Below are positions 22,953 to 36,178 of a stretch of DNA of 64,000 nt, piece after piece. The notes under the pieces were generated by a model, which saw only the letters and a list, made by a program, of their open reading frames with translations, was not told the origin of the DNA and did not search any database. Within the stretch, counting starts at the first letter, position 1. Each line of letters starts with the position of its first letter. The DNA comes from Batkoa obscura (taxonomy: Eukaryota): NCBI GenBank assembly GCA_030770535.1, contig JASVEC010000014.1, forward strand, positions 992,001 through 1,056,000. The letters are read 5' to 3'. The translations under genes were made by a program, and so were the position numbers.

Positions 22953-25900
22953 GTTATTATTATTATTTAAATACTACAACAATTATTTATTGATATACAA
23001 TATTTTAGTTAGCTCCTTTGTTAGGTGATATACTAGTACCCTTATATTATACTCATTATAATGAATTAAAAAAAATATTCAATAATAATTATAATGCTAA
23101 TAATTCATTAAATAATGAAATTCAAAATCAAATTGTTGAAGAATTAGAATATTGTATTTTAATTATTAAATGTTTAAAACCATTAATCGGTTCGGGTTCA
23201 AAAAATTTTAATCAAATTCCATCACATGAAGTAAACGTTTTTCGTTATCTTTATTATAAAAGAGATATTAATGATATTTAATATAGAGATTTTTTACTGA
23301 TTCCGTTATATTTTTAAAAGAAATCTATGAGTTAAGTAAGTTAGAATATTAACTATGATTTTAGTTTAAAAATAGAATAATTTAAATAATATCTTTTATT
23401 GTAGTTAAAATATTAAAGATGGATACCCCATTGACAGAACAATTTATTAAATTAATGAAATTAATCGGTAAATTTTATTTAAATTTACAAGCTCATCAAC
23501 CCATTCAATTTGTTCAATCCAATGCTTGGTTAACTATTATGGAATTTTATAATGTTTTATTAAAAGAACAAAGTGTTAATGAATTAAGTAAGTTTATTTA
23601 TTTGGCTATTTAATATAATATAATATAAAATTTTATTTTATTTTATTTTATTTTATTTTATTTTATTTTATTTTATTTTATTTTATTTATTAAGGTGATG
23701 AAATTACAATGGTAAAATGTTGTATTCAAGGAATGATCTTAATTAAGGATACAATTGCTAATTATTCTTATGCAATTGAAAAAGGAGGTAAGTTCAAAAA
23801 ATCAAATATTAATATATAATAGTAATGGTTAAAAAGTATTAAATTATAAAAATATAGACAAAGCAGATGAAGAAGTATTATCAGTTAGAAACAAAATTGA
23901 TACAGAATATTTGACAGAAGAAAGAATTATTAATTTATTAGAATTGTTGATAATTAAATTTTTAACATTAAATCCTAATGTGGATTTATATTTATGGGAG
24001 AATGATCCAGAAAACTGGATTTTAGATGATGAAGCTGATCATTTTGAATTTAAATATAGAGTAAGTTAATAAGTTTAATATAATATAATATAATCTTTTA
24101 TTAATTTTATTCTTTATTTTTATAGAAATGTGCTGAACGCTTATTACTTAGTATTATTAAAAAATATAAAAATTGGATCGTACCCATGTTATTAAATATA
24201 TTAAAAGAATATATGGGTAAGTTGGAATAATAACAAATAACAATATATAAATTAATATTAAAATATAAAATAGCACCCAAAGATAACATTGAACAAATAT
24301 TAATAAAAGATGCTATTTATAATGGAATTGGTTTAGCAGCTCATGAATTATTTAATTCCTTTGATTTTGATCATTGGTTTAATGATCATTTGTCGAAAGA
24401 ATTAGAATATTATGAAACAGGGTAAGAATGTGATAATAATAATGATAAATTAATATAATATAATATAATATAATAATATTTAATATAAATTAGAACAAGC
24501 CAAATGATTTTACGATATCGTATTTCATGGTTAATAGGCCAATGGATTGTAGTAAAAAGCAACAAAGAAAGAAGACACATTTATTATGAAGTATTATTAT
24601 ATTTATTAGAAAAAGATCATATCCAACCAGAGTCAATAATTTATCGATGGTCAGCAGTTAATTCGTTAAAAATATGTGTTGATGATTGGGATTTTACAAG
24701 TGAAGGATTTATGCCTTATTTAGAAAGAGCAGTGGATCAATTAATTATATTAATGAATCAATTAGATGAATTAGAAAATAAAATGAAAATTATGACAATA
24801 TTAAGTATTATTGTTGAAAGAATGGAAGATAAGGTAATTTATTATATATTTGTATTCTACTTTATTCTATTTAGAATATTAATTTTATGTTAAATAGATT
24901 ACTCCATTTGCAGGTAAAATTGCTAATTTATTACCTAATCTATGGATTGCAGTTGGTAGTGACCAAAACTTATTGAAAACTTCTATTGTTTGTATGCTAA
25001 ATAAATTAACAAAGGTAATTCAATTATAATTATAATTGTAATTATAATTAAATAGTAATTATGTTATATTATTAAATAGTCCCTTGGACCAATTAGTGAA
25101 AATTTACATGAATTAGTATTACCAGTAATTACTCATTGTACGGATTTAAATGACGTAAGTTTTGAATTTATATTTAAAATCAAAATAATTTTATTAATAA
25201 TATTAATATTATAATAGCCATCTCATATTTATTTAATCGAAGAAGGATTAGAACTTTGGGTTAATATTTTAAAAAACAGTCCAAGAATAACGAATCAATT
25301 AATTCAATTAATGCCCATTGCTATTCAATTAATTGATTCTAATTCAGAAAATATTAAATTAGTATTTAAAATATTAAATTCTTATTTATTATTATGTCCT
25401 AATGAATTTATTCAGGTAAATTATTGGTAATATAATATAATATAATATAATATAATATAATATAATATAATATAATATAATATAATATAATATAATATAA
25501 TATAATATAATATATGTTTAAACTGTTATTAGTATAAAAGCTGATATTGATTTATTTTTATTTAGAATCATGGCTTAGAATTATTTAGTAATTTTTCCTT
25601 AGTGTTAATTCATTTAAGAGCAGATGCTTCTGAATTAGTTCATCAATTTTTAGATGGGATGTTAATATTATGTAATCCAATTACTTATCAACTAAGTTTT
25701 AAGCAAAGTGGACTATTTAAAGATTTGATTAATGGAGCGATTAAAACAGAAGTAAGTTACAATGAAAATAATAAAATAAAATAATTATAATTATAAGAAG
25801 AGTAGACAGTTAATAAATATTATTTTTTAGGAAATGGCATATTATCAAGTTGGTTATTTAAATATAATTGCTCGATTATGTATAATTAACCCTAATTATT

Positions 25901-26663
25901 TTTATGAATGTTTTATTCAATGTTTTGAAGATTATAATTCAATATTTTTAAAATTTATTAATAATTGGGTGGATAAAGTAAGTTTTTATTTTAATAATAA
26001 TAATAAATTATTAATTTAATATTTATTTTTTTAGTATGACAATATTGGTAATATTAGACAACAGAAATTACATTGTTTAGCATGGGCTTATCTATTAGCT
26101 TTACCTATTAATCATCCACAATTAGTTGATATATTAAGTATGATGTATCAACAACTAAATAATTTTTTTACTTATTGGTCTGGTTTTTTGGCGGATATTA
26201 ATGAATCAGAAACTGGGGAGTAAGTCTTTTATTAATATTGTTTTAAAGATGCGAGAGTAATAATAAAAAATTAGTTCTTTAGCTTATCATCAAGATAATA
26301 ATGATTCAGATTATGAGGGATTATATGGTAGTCAAGAAAAAAGTAATGAATCTGAAGTTCAAAGAAAAAATAATGTAAGTTTATTTGTATTTAATAATAA
26401 GTAATATGATAAATAATATGATAAATAATATGATAAATAATATGATAAATAATATAATTAATAATATAATTAATAACTAATTTTATTAGATGATTGATTT
26501 AGATCCTATTCATAATATACCGTTATTAAGTAAATTGAAAGAAAAATTAAGTGAAATGGAAAATTATTATAATAATTTTATGATTCAACAACAAAATAAT
26601 GAACGATTTTATCAATTATTAGAAAAAATTGATCCCATTTTATTAGATGGTTTATTAAAATAA
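22105..26663 (+). CDS. KAP120: Importin-11/Kap120-like karyopherin beta, many exons
   Basis: IYLKNGIDRYWRK, VDYPEEW, WENDPENW, KDAIYNGIGLAA, ILRYRISWLIGQW, VDDWDF. Confidence 0.85.
22880..22951. repeat. (AAT)n microsatellite in an intron
   Basis: About 24 perfect units just after a GT donor. Confidence 0.95.
23630..23690. repeat. (ATTTT)n microsatellite in an intron
   Basis: About 12 units next to the acceptor. Confidence 0.95.
25428..25514. repeat. (TAATA)n microsatellite in an intron
   Basis: About 17 units. Confidence 0.95.
26402..26455. repeat. 12-mer minisatellite (TAATATGATAAA)n in an intron
   Basis: About 4 units. Confidence 0.85.
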
Positions 26664-26735
26664 AATAAAATAGTAGAAATAATAAAACTAATAATATACA
26701 TTTAAAATTAATTTAGTTTTTATTTTATTTTATTT

Positions 26736-28527
26736 CTATTTTATTTCTATTTTCATTAATAATTGATTTACTTTTTCAGGACATGCTTTATTTTCAGTTA
26801 ATAACATAATTTTACCTAAAAACCAAGCCATTTGTCTTTTATCTTTACTTTCTTTTAATTTTTTAAATTTAATTGAATTCTCTTTTATTAACTTATTAAT
26901 AATAGGTAATAATATAGTTTCATCTTTTATTAATCCTAAATCTTCTTGTTGAATAATCTCTTTTGCTAATCTTAAATCCCCATTTAACATTTTAATTATT
27001 AAATACTTACTAGTTTTTGAATTAATATTATTTAAATTGAATTCATTTATAACAGACAAAAATTGTTTTTCAGTTATTGTTATATTTTTGAATGTTAATT
27101 TTTGCTTACTTAAAATACCTAATAATATAGATGATAGCCAATGAGTTAATTGAGAGAAATCTAATTTTGGTTGTAATTTTATACAATTATTTAAAAACTC
27201 AGTTGCTTTAGGCTCATGAATTAACGGTAATACAGCATTTAATTGAATATTATTTAATTTGTATTGTTTTTCCCATTGAATTAATAATTCATATGGCGTA
27301 ACCGGTAATTGAGTTTTAATTGATTCTATTAAGGATGGGGAAATTTTAATTCTGGGTAAATCTGGTTCATTCATGTATCGATAGTCTTCACTTGTTTGTT
27401 TTGTTCTTAATTTATATGTTTTTTTAAGTTGTTGATTATAACTTCGAGTTTCTGGTAAGATCAATTGAGATGATTCTATTAATTCAATTTGACGTTGAAT
27501 TTCATAGTCTGAATGAAATATTAAATTAAATTAAATTAGAAATGTTAATAATTATAATAAATGTTAATAATTTACCTATTGCTTTTCTTATAATTTTAAA
27601 ATTATTTAGATTTTTTAATTCAATTTTGTTACCCATTATTTTACTATTATATTCTTTGATAGATAAATTGATATCACAACGTAAAGTACCTAATAACAGT
27701 TATTAATATCATATAATAAATAAAAATAACACAACAATTATTGACTTACCAATCTCTAAATCAGCCAATGAAACACCTAAACTTCGAACTAGAGTTTGAT
27801 ATTTTTTAATAAAAGTAACTACTTCTAAACTATTAATAAAATCAGGTCTTGTTACTAACTCAATTAATGGAACATTGACTCGATTTAAATTGATTTTTAC
27901 ATTATTCTCTTCTTGAATCAAATTACCACTATCTTGTTCTAATTGAACTTGTTCGATATTAATTTCTAATGGATATGAAAGTCCATCTAAATAATTTAAT
28001 GAAATAGAACCTCCTTTTCCAATAGGTTCATATTTTTGAGTAATTTGATAACCTTGTGGCATATCTGGATAAAAATAATGTTTTCGATCAAAGCTTGAAT
28101 GAGGTTGGATAGTGCCATTGATGGCAATTATTAATTCAACTGCCTTTTTTAAACAATCTTGATTGAGAATCTAAATTATTACCTTTTAATTTTATAATTG
28201 AATATTAAAATTTTTATTACTGGTAATACACCTGGGTAACTAGAATCATAACAATTAATATTTTGATTTACTTTTGAAGTAAATAAATTATTAGAAGCTA
28301 GAAGAAAATGAAATAAATAATTTAATTTTAAAATCAATAAAATTATTACTTGAAAATAATTTTTCATTGGTATTTAATTGAGTATGTATTTCTAAACCTA
28401 TATTAACTTCATATTCTTGATTACTTTTGGATCTTATTTTATTCACTCTTTGACTTGCTGTCGTCGTATAACATTGATATTTAACTTTAAGTTTCAAGCT
28501 GGTTTTTAAATGAGATAAAAGTGGCAT
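26736..28527 (-). CDS. PET112: Mitochondrial Glu-tRNA(Gln) amidotransferase subunit B (GatB/Pet112), multi-exon
   Basis: IGLEIHTQLNTNEKLFS, FDRKHYFYPDMPQGYQITQ, QLEQDSG, LRCDINLS, DYRYMNEPDLP. Confidence 0.92.
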
Positions 28528-28660
28528 CTTTTTTTAGTAAAAAAATAAGGTGTGAGTTTTAATTTTCATGCTGTTTTATTTAAAGTATTTTGTTGGAATT
28601 TATTCTTTTAGTTTTTTTAGTTTATTTTTAATATCGATTTTTTTAAAAGAAAAGGAAAGT

Positions 28661-29572
28661 ATGAGTCTGCCAATTGATAATGGATTATTATTTTCAAATG
28701 CAGCGCAACCGGATATAAGTAATGCATTTTAATAGAACTCAACAAATAATAAAGATGATGAAGATATTAATATTTAAATTTTAGTTCGTGCTCATCAAAA
28801 AGATGTTTATGTTCAAAAAAATTTGGAAAATCAAATACAAGAAATAGCCAACTTATTCTTAGGTAAATAATAATAATATTATAATATTAAGCTATTAAGA
28901 TATTTATAAAATATTTAGGCAATCGATGGTCTTTTATTCATTCTAAACAAATTACTTTATTATCGAATTTATGTTATTTTGGTTGTAGTACATTATTAGG
29001 TAAAATCTATTCTTTAATTAAATAATTGCTTTATTATAATATTTATTTATTATAAACTATAAAAATAGACCGTTTAACTTTTGGAGAAGAATATTGTGAT
29101 ATTTTTTTATTAAATCAAGCCCAAAATTTAAAACCTAAATTTAGTGTAAAATAGTTTGTTTGTATTATTTGGGTTTATTTTATTAATATTTGATTTTTTG
29201 ATCAAAACAGACGAGAGCCTTACTACTATTCTTACAAGTTGGATTTCCCTATTTATTAAGTTCAACAATTGATTTGTTAAAAGTAAAATTAAGAGTTGCA
29301 ATTGTTAAAGGTAAAGCAATATATAATTACCAATAACAATTGAATAATAACAGCTATTGTTTTTTATTTATATAGTTAAAAATGAAAGGTTAAAGAAGCT
29401 ATTAAATTTCAGCTTAAATTCTTTCTTACCATTTCTAAAAAAGTTGAGTGAAGAATATTTAAATCCAATTCATTTAGCTTTATTTTATTTTTCAGGTCAA
29501 TTTTATCATTTAGCTAAAAGAGTATTGGGATTGAAATATGTAAGTTGAAAATTATTTTATTTTATTTTATGA

Positions 29573-29615
<43 letters not shown>

Positions 29616-30208
29616 TACTATTATTATTATTATTATTATTATGACTTTAATTAAAGATTCCTATTAATAAACTACTTTTAGTTTTATCCTCGAAAATTAC
29701 GTGATGGGGAAAACAAAACAGGATATGAAATATTAGGCTTATTATTATCGATTCAATTATTTATTAAATTTATTAAATTTATGAATAAATTGGTGAGAAA
29801 TAAATGGACTCAAAAACAAGTTGAAGACACTAATGAAAATGATGAAAAGTAAATATTTTATTATTTTTATTAAATTATTTATTGAAGTTAATTAATAATT
29901 ACTCTTTTTTAGATCTAATGTTACTAATAAAAAAGAAAAAGATGTACAAGAAAAACAAATAAATAATACAAATTTTAAATGCACATTATGTTTATCTTCA
30001 ATTGAAGATATAACTGCTACTCCTTGTGGTCATTTATTTTGTTATCATTGTATTGGGGAATGGACAAAGAATAAGGTAAATTTGTATTTTTTGTTATCAA
30101 TGACAACAGAGTTAACAGTTTTATTTTATTTATTTTAACTAGTTGGAATGCCCATTATGTCGTCAACCTATTTCTTTAGCTCAACTATGGCCTGTAAGAG
30201 TGATTTAA
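28661..30208 (+). CDS. PEX10: Peroxin 10 (RING), multi-exon
   Basis: AAQPDIIRAHQKD, TFGEEYCDI, HLALFYFSGQFYHLAKR, CTLCL...TPCGHLFC..CI.EW...ECPLCRQ. Confidence 0.92.
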
Positions 30209-30792
30209 TGTATTTTTTTAATCATATAAAATAAATTTATTATGAAAGTTTTTTAAAATTGTATAAAATAACAAAATTAATACAAATGTAGCATAGATTG
30301 TTAACTTTATTTTTTTAAAATTAACAACGAATAAAAATTTAAAATAGATTTTTATTTCTAGTATATTTGATTAAAAGTTAAAGTTAACAATTTTAGCTTT
30401 AAATACTAACTTTCATTTAAAAATTTAACTTTATCCGGGTTTTTTTAAATTTAATGAAATAATAATACAAAATACCAACAATAAAAATTCTACAATAAAT
30501 TAAACAAAGGAAGATATGACCAAGAAGAAAAAAAGATTCTATAACCCTTTTTGTTCGAATTTAACCTTGTAACTCCATAACCAAAGTCCTTTTTCTAAGT
30601 AATTCGTCCTTTGATAAAAATTACTAACGCTAATGGGTTCATAAAGTTACTAAACATGAGTTTATATGATATAAATTGAACATAAGACTAAAGAGAAAAA
30701 AATTTCTGCGAGTTGCATAAAAGCTTTTAAGTGTATTTGCAATACCCTCATGAAAAATATTAACAATATATGAGTCAAGAAGAATAGCATGT

Positions 30793-30886
30793 GAGGATGT
30801 TTTTTGGCTTCATCACTTTCATTTTTTAAGTAACTATTTAAGCAAAAAGATTGTTAGTAAAATTTCAAATAAAAAAATATATCTCT
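30793..30886 (-). mobile_element. MITE copy (diverged)
   Basis: GAGGATGTTTTTTGGCTTCATCACTTT start, degenerate other end. Confidence 0.8.
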
Positions 30887-31082
30887 ATATTTAGTAACTG
30901 ACCAAAAATATCCCAAAATTATTTTTACCAAGTACAGCATAGATGAGTTAAATAAAGATACTATTAGTTACAAAATAAATAGAAATGGCATTATCGAAAC
31001 TAAGTTATATACTTTTTAATTACTATCAATAGGACATCACAATATTTCTCAAATAAAATTTCCTTTAATAAATTTAATAATT

Positions 31083-31178
31083 GGGAATAATTTTTGCTTT
31101 CATTACTTTTTCCACCTTTTAAGCGCTATTTGAGCGGAAACATTGTTAGTAGAATTCTTAGTAAAAAAATATATCCCT
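31083..31178 (-). mobile_element. MITE copy
   Basis: Core AAGCGCTATTTGAGCGGAAA, AATT on both sides. Confidence 0.85.
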
Positions 31179-31974
31179 AATTTATTAAAATTAAATATAT
31201 TTCTAATTTATAATGTCCTAAAATAAGCAATTAAATATATCCATATCTTTAGTTTTTGTTATTAGTTTTAGTGGTAGCTTTGTATTATAATCATTAATTT
31301 CTTAAATATGTTCGAATATATTTGAATTATATTTCTTACTATTAATATCTAATAGATTGATTGTAATAAGCTCAATAATAATATCTATTAGTATATCTCT
31401 TTTTAGTTTATGTTTATAGAATATAAAAGTTAACATCCCTATTGCTAAAATCTCACCTAATCCTCTTACAAGATTTTCTATTGATATGATCTTTTCATTG
31501 AAATTTTCATTATTAATTTCTTTTGAACTACTGATACTACCGTCATTATCGTTTCTAGTTAATTAAGGTAAACCATCAATTTCTTCCAGTTTTAGTATCA
31601 AAAAATTGAATTTCATTTAAAGATTCAAATTTGAATGATAGTAAATTTCCAGTTTTATAATCTTTATTGTAAATATCGAAACGTTCCATATTTGACAATA
31701 AAATAGTTTGTTTTGATTCTATAATATTGAACGAGTATAATTCAAATTTATATAACTCATACTTTTGTCCTCCAGTTTCAGAAATATAACTATATATATT
31801 AAAGTAAATATTTTGCTTTATCCTAACAAAAGAAGTTTACGTATTCATAGTTGAATCCTTTTCTATGCTTTTTTATTTCATTTAATCTCAAATCTAATTC
31901 TTGTGACATATAATACGTTTTTGGATTTATAACTAAATTTATACAAAAAATATAACTTATTGCTTCTAATAAAT

Positions 31975-32074
31975 GGGGATGTATTTTTTTTTGTATTAAG
32001 AATTTTACTAATAATTTTTCCACTCAAATAGTGCTCAAAAATAGAAAAGTAATGAAATCAAAGAAAACATCCCC
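31975..32074 (+). mobile_element. MITE copy
   Basis: Perfect GGGGATGT/ACATCCCC termini, AAAT duplication. Confidence 0.92.
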
Positions 32075-32114
32075 AAATAATGGTTCTGTATAATAACCCA
32101 CTTTTGAATCATAT

Positions 32115-32210
32115 GAGGATGTATTTTTTTGTTTAATTTTATTGATAGTCTTTACACTCAGATAGCGCTTAAAAAATGGAAAAAGTGATGAAACCAAGAA
32201 AAACATCCCC
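32115..32210 (+). mobile_element. MITE copy
   Basis: GAGGATGT/ACATCCCC, ATAT duplication. Confidence 0.9.
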
Positions 32211-32956
32211 ATATGTTGTTTTTACTTCTTTTGTTTGATGTCAAACGATCTTATCACAATTTATAAATATTTGGAGTTAAGGTAATTAGAAGTATAAAAT
32301 AGATTTGAGTCTATTTCATCTTGTGAAATAAAATAAATACTTGAATAGACATTCTTGTTTGACTCAGCTATTTTAAATGTTTTGTTTAGTCTAAAAATTT
32401 CTTTAATAGTATACTCATCATGTCATTCTTTTTTCTCAATATCAAAATATTTATAATATAGCCCTGTTTAGGGATTTGCCTTGTAAAAGCCAACAGTTGT
32501 TTGATTTACTATATAAAACGTGCTATTAGACCTTATCTGTTTTAGTGTATTTTTTGTGTTATATTATTTGGAACTCTTTATTGAAACTTAATTTAAATAG
32601 CTATTTATTACTTTTATAAATATCAATATTTAGCATATTGACGTATCCACCTAAATAGCATAAGTCATCATCTGTCATCAGACATCCAAAATAATAATGT
32701 TGATAGCATTAAAAATTTAATAAAGTACATAATGAAATATAAATAAATTATTACTATTATACTATTTAATAGGTATGGTAAAAAAATTTCAAAGATCAAG
32801 GTTATTAACTTGCCATTTTGAGGTTTAAGCTTTAATTTTACAGATAGAGTATAACCTAACTCTAATAACATTATCTATTCTCTTTTCACTAGCTTATTGA
32901 TTATAATAGTCTATACATTGTTTTTTGATATAATGGCAGATAAATTGAAACCATTT

Positions 32957-33054
32957 GAGAAGGTTTTTTTGGTTCCATTACTTTTTCTATCTTTTAAACA
33001 CTATTTGAGTGGAAAAATTATTAGTAAAATTCTTAAACACAAAAATACATCCCC
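32957..33054 (-). mobile_element. MITE copy
   Basis: ACATCCCC end, ATTT duplication. Confidence 0.88.
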
Positions 33055-34150
33055 ATTTATTGTTTATTTTGATATTGAAAAATGAATGGTGTAATAAATT
33101 TTTCTTAAGCGAATTAACTGATGTTAGTTAATATAAAAAAGATGGCCCTTGAAAATATTTTTCTGAATTACTATATATTGCAAGATGAAAAAGACCTGAA
33201 TTAATTTTATATATCTGGACGTATATATAGTAAGGAATTAATGGAAGTGAAATCAATTCAATTAGAACCATTTAACATAAAAACAAAACAAATAAAGACA
33301 ATGCACAAGCTAATAAAAAGAAAAAAATTTCTAAATTTATTTATATTAACCAAAAAATCATATTATTTCGAATATCTATTGGAGGAGGGCATAAGGATGG
33401 AATATCCTTACAGAAGCTTATATGAATTAGATTTAAAAACAAAGGAAATAACATTATACACTTTAAACTCAATATAAGCGATAAAGGGTGTAAAATTCAT
33501 CAAGTTGATTAAGGGAGTTTATTTTATTACAAGTACTAAAAATTATTTATACATCGAAATTTATAAATTAAATTTTTATCCATTCTCAATTAAAAAAATA
33601 GAAAAAGAGCTTATATTCAATAATTGGGGATGCTTTACCAGCTATAAAAATTAATCAATTTCTTTGGGCCACAAACTTCTAAACCTAATGTTCAACAAGA
33701 AGAAGAGATTACAAACAGAACATTAATATTAAACACTGATAGTTAAGAAATTATTGATGATCTATCTCTATTGATCAAAGTTAGGAAAGATAATAATAAA
33801 GTAAGCAGCAAAGAAAGCAAAGAGTCAAATAGTAACAGCAATGATAGTAGCAGTAATAATTTTCTAGGAGGTATTGTTAGTGGAATAAGTATAGTTATAT
33901 TAATATTAGTAGTTATAATATCTATACTATATATGATAAAACAAAGAAAGAAAAACCTCCAAATGTTATCTTTGAATCTATTTTGATTATGCCTATAAAT
34001 CCATTAAAAGTAAATAATAACTATTACAACACTGAACTATTCAGTCATTCACATGAAATTGATGGTGATGGTGATGTTAATATTACAGTGCCTGAGAAAT
34101 TACATCCTAAAGCCACAAGAGGAGTGAGTATGATGAAAGAAAAAAAGAAT
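33055..34150 (+). pseudogene. Decayed member of the same single-TM family
   Basis: VYFDIEK, LYELDLKTKEI, Ser/Asn stalk and TM GGIVSGISIVILILVVIISILYMIKQRKK in broken frames. Confidence 0.55.
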
Positions 34151-34558
34151 GATTGAATTGAGTTTTATTACTTTTAAAAACCAAGAAAATTATATGTTAT
34201 TGTTTTATTATTTTGCTATCTTTACTGTATATAAAAGTTATGATTTATAGTATATAAATCAAGCTTATAATAATTTACTCTTTTCAGTTATTAGAAACTC
34301 AATCTATTAAAAAAACTTAAATTAAAAACAACAAAGTACTTTAATCTATTCAATATCATAGTTCAATTTTGGTTTATTATTGTGATGACCTTGATTGTAT
34401 ACAAAGTATTAAAATGATAAGAGTATCTTGATTTCGTTTATTTGTTTATCTTTTGCCCAAGGTGAAACTAAGTAAAGTCATTGGTAAAATACCGAAACAC
34501 AATATTCTCACATGAGAAAACCTAATACAGTAAGCTATCAAAACTTAAAGAGTTTATT

Positions 34559-36178
34559 TTATTTTATAGTAGACATTTGCACCATAAATTTGGTAAAAGA
34601 TAATAACTTATCATTGTTTTTAGTCAAATTGTTAAATTGGGTTATTGTTTCATTGAGTAAAGCACTAGAATCATTGAGCCATTTAGCATGTGCAGAGATA
34701 CCACCAATGACTATTAAGAAAGCAAAGAGCTGAAGGGGAGAAAAGTAACTTGGCTTTAACTTTGAATTATAAGTCAGAAAATTCTCAAGGTTAGCTTTTA
34801 AAAGTTTGACATCCCTTGCTTGACCTCTTTTTGTATATTTAGAAAATAAGTGTTCTTTGTTCCTTTGTATAGATACATGCTTAATATCGTATAAAGTAAT
34901 CCAAATCGAATAATAAATAATTCTTATATGGCTAGTAAGTGCATCAATGATTTCGTTAGATGTCTTATCAGAAATCCATTTTCTAATAGTTTCTAGTTTT
35001 CCTATTGTATTTTTAGTAATAGAACTCAGTAAAGCTACTAACTTGCAGACAATTTTTGTTACTCTTTCATTACTTATCTTTGATGAATTAATTATTAAAA
35101 CCGTATCAAAAGATTTCTTAAAAAATAAGCTACATTCATAACAGTAATTAGAATATGTTATCACTATCAGCTTCATTATTTTCTCAGTTGATTCATTTTT
35201 ATTCGAGTTTGTTGTTGTCTTTTCTTTCTTCCATAAGTCATGAGTATCAAACAACAAAGCTGAATAAGGATCATCAATAGAAGTTAAAAATAATACTGCT
35301 GAGTAACATAGTTTTCTTTCAATGTCATCTTTATAATTTAAATGTAAACCTAATAACATACAATGATTGTTTATATTTGAGAAATAATAAGATGGTAATG
35401 CAAAGCTACTTCCTTTTAATCCGTTTAATAATATAACCATTGATTGAATATTACTTAAGCTAATTTTTAACTTACTCGGTTGGAAATGTTCTAATAGCTT
35501 ATCTTTTAAAAATACTTTCAAGTTCAGCAAATCTTGACTATCATTGGTCGCAGTTAAGCTAACTAACATAATAGAATAAATTAACATCTTGTCTCTTTTC
35601 TTATTTATAAATTGATTATAAGTGAATAATGGTAGTAACGTGTTATATCTCTGAAAATAAAGAGTTATAAGTTGTGGCATTATATTACAAATGCTAACGC
35701 TACTTTTTATAACAGTAGATTCTGACTTAACTGATGGCAGTTTATTAAAAAATGAATTGAGATATTGATTTGGAGCAACATTATAAAAGGAATAAGAGCT
35801 TTGATCAAACATAACAGGAGAATGAAACATTTTGATGGGGAAAAAAGAGGCAATGGAGGTATTAGAATCAGATCGATTTCCACCCGCACGAATTTTGAAC
35901 TGATCAAAATATCTATGGTTTAAAATTATGGTGCTCTTAAAAATAATTTCTCTCCTTGCTTTATTTGATTGAGATGATGAAAATGCCTTTGAGTGAATTT
36001 CTTCATCATTATATACCTTTGCTCTTCTATTACTTTTTCGTTCCCTTGTACATACCTTTCCTTGTTTTTTACAATAACTACAAGTAGGTACTGATAAATT
36101 GCATCGCCTTTTACCTTTGTAACATTGATCGCATGCTTGTCTAATCCTAGCTTTATCAGTTATTATTATCCCATTCAT
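34559..36178 (-). CDS. Zn(II)2Cys6 transcription factor, paralog 2
   Basis: ACDQCYKGKRRCNLSVPTCSYCKKQGKVC, colinear with paralog 1, intronless. Confidence 0.9.
   Translation of the reverse strand: MNGIIITDKARIRQACDQCYKGKRRCNLSVPTCSYCKKQGKVCTRERKSNRRAKVYNDEEIHSKAFSSSQSNKARREIIFKSTIILNHRYFDQFKIRAGGNRSDSNTSIASFFPIKMFHSPVMFDQSSYSFYNVAPNQYLNSFFNKLPSVKSESTVIKSSVSICNIMPQLITLYFQRYNTLLPLFTYNQFINKKRDKMLIYSIMLVSLTATNDSQDLLNLKVFLKDKLLEHFQPSKLKISLSNIQSMVILLNGLKGSSFALPSYYFSNINNHCMLLGLHLNYKDDIERKLCYSAVLFLTSIDDPYSALLFDTHDLWKKEKTTTNSNKNESTEKIMKLIVITYSNYCYECSLFFKKSFDTVLIINSSKISNERVTKIVCKLVALLSSITKNTIGKLETIRKWISDKTSNEIIDALTSHIRIIYYSIWITLYDIKHVSIQRNKEHLFSKYTKRGQARDVKLLKANLENFLTYNSKLKPSYFSPLQLFAFLIVIGGISAHAKWLNDSSALLNETITQFNNLTKNNDKLLSFTKFMVQMSTIK

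Larger units (their letters stand above)
31300..32690 (-). pseudogene. Decayed member of a beta-repeat/single-TM protein family, interrupted by two MITEs
   Basis: Fragments YKYFDIEKKE*H, YYTEPLFIRSNKLYF, LVRGLGEILAIGMLTFIFYKHKLKR, INLLDINS, with stops and frameshifts. Boundaries approximate. Confidence 0.55.

Noticed and set aside
22772..22993. Poly-Asn tract in the importin
   Set aside because: The (AAT)n lies after a GT donor inside an intron.
31823..33085. Short ORFs 31823-32023, 32024-32212, 32897-33085 (also 45149-45551, 54900-55115) as a peptide family
   Set aside because: Their shared sequence is just translated MITE DNA.
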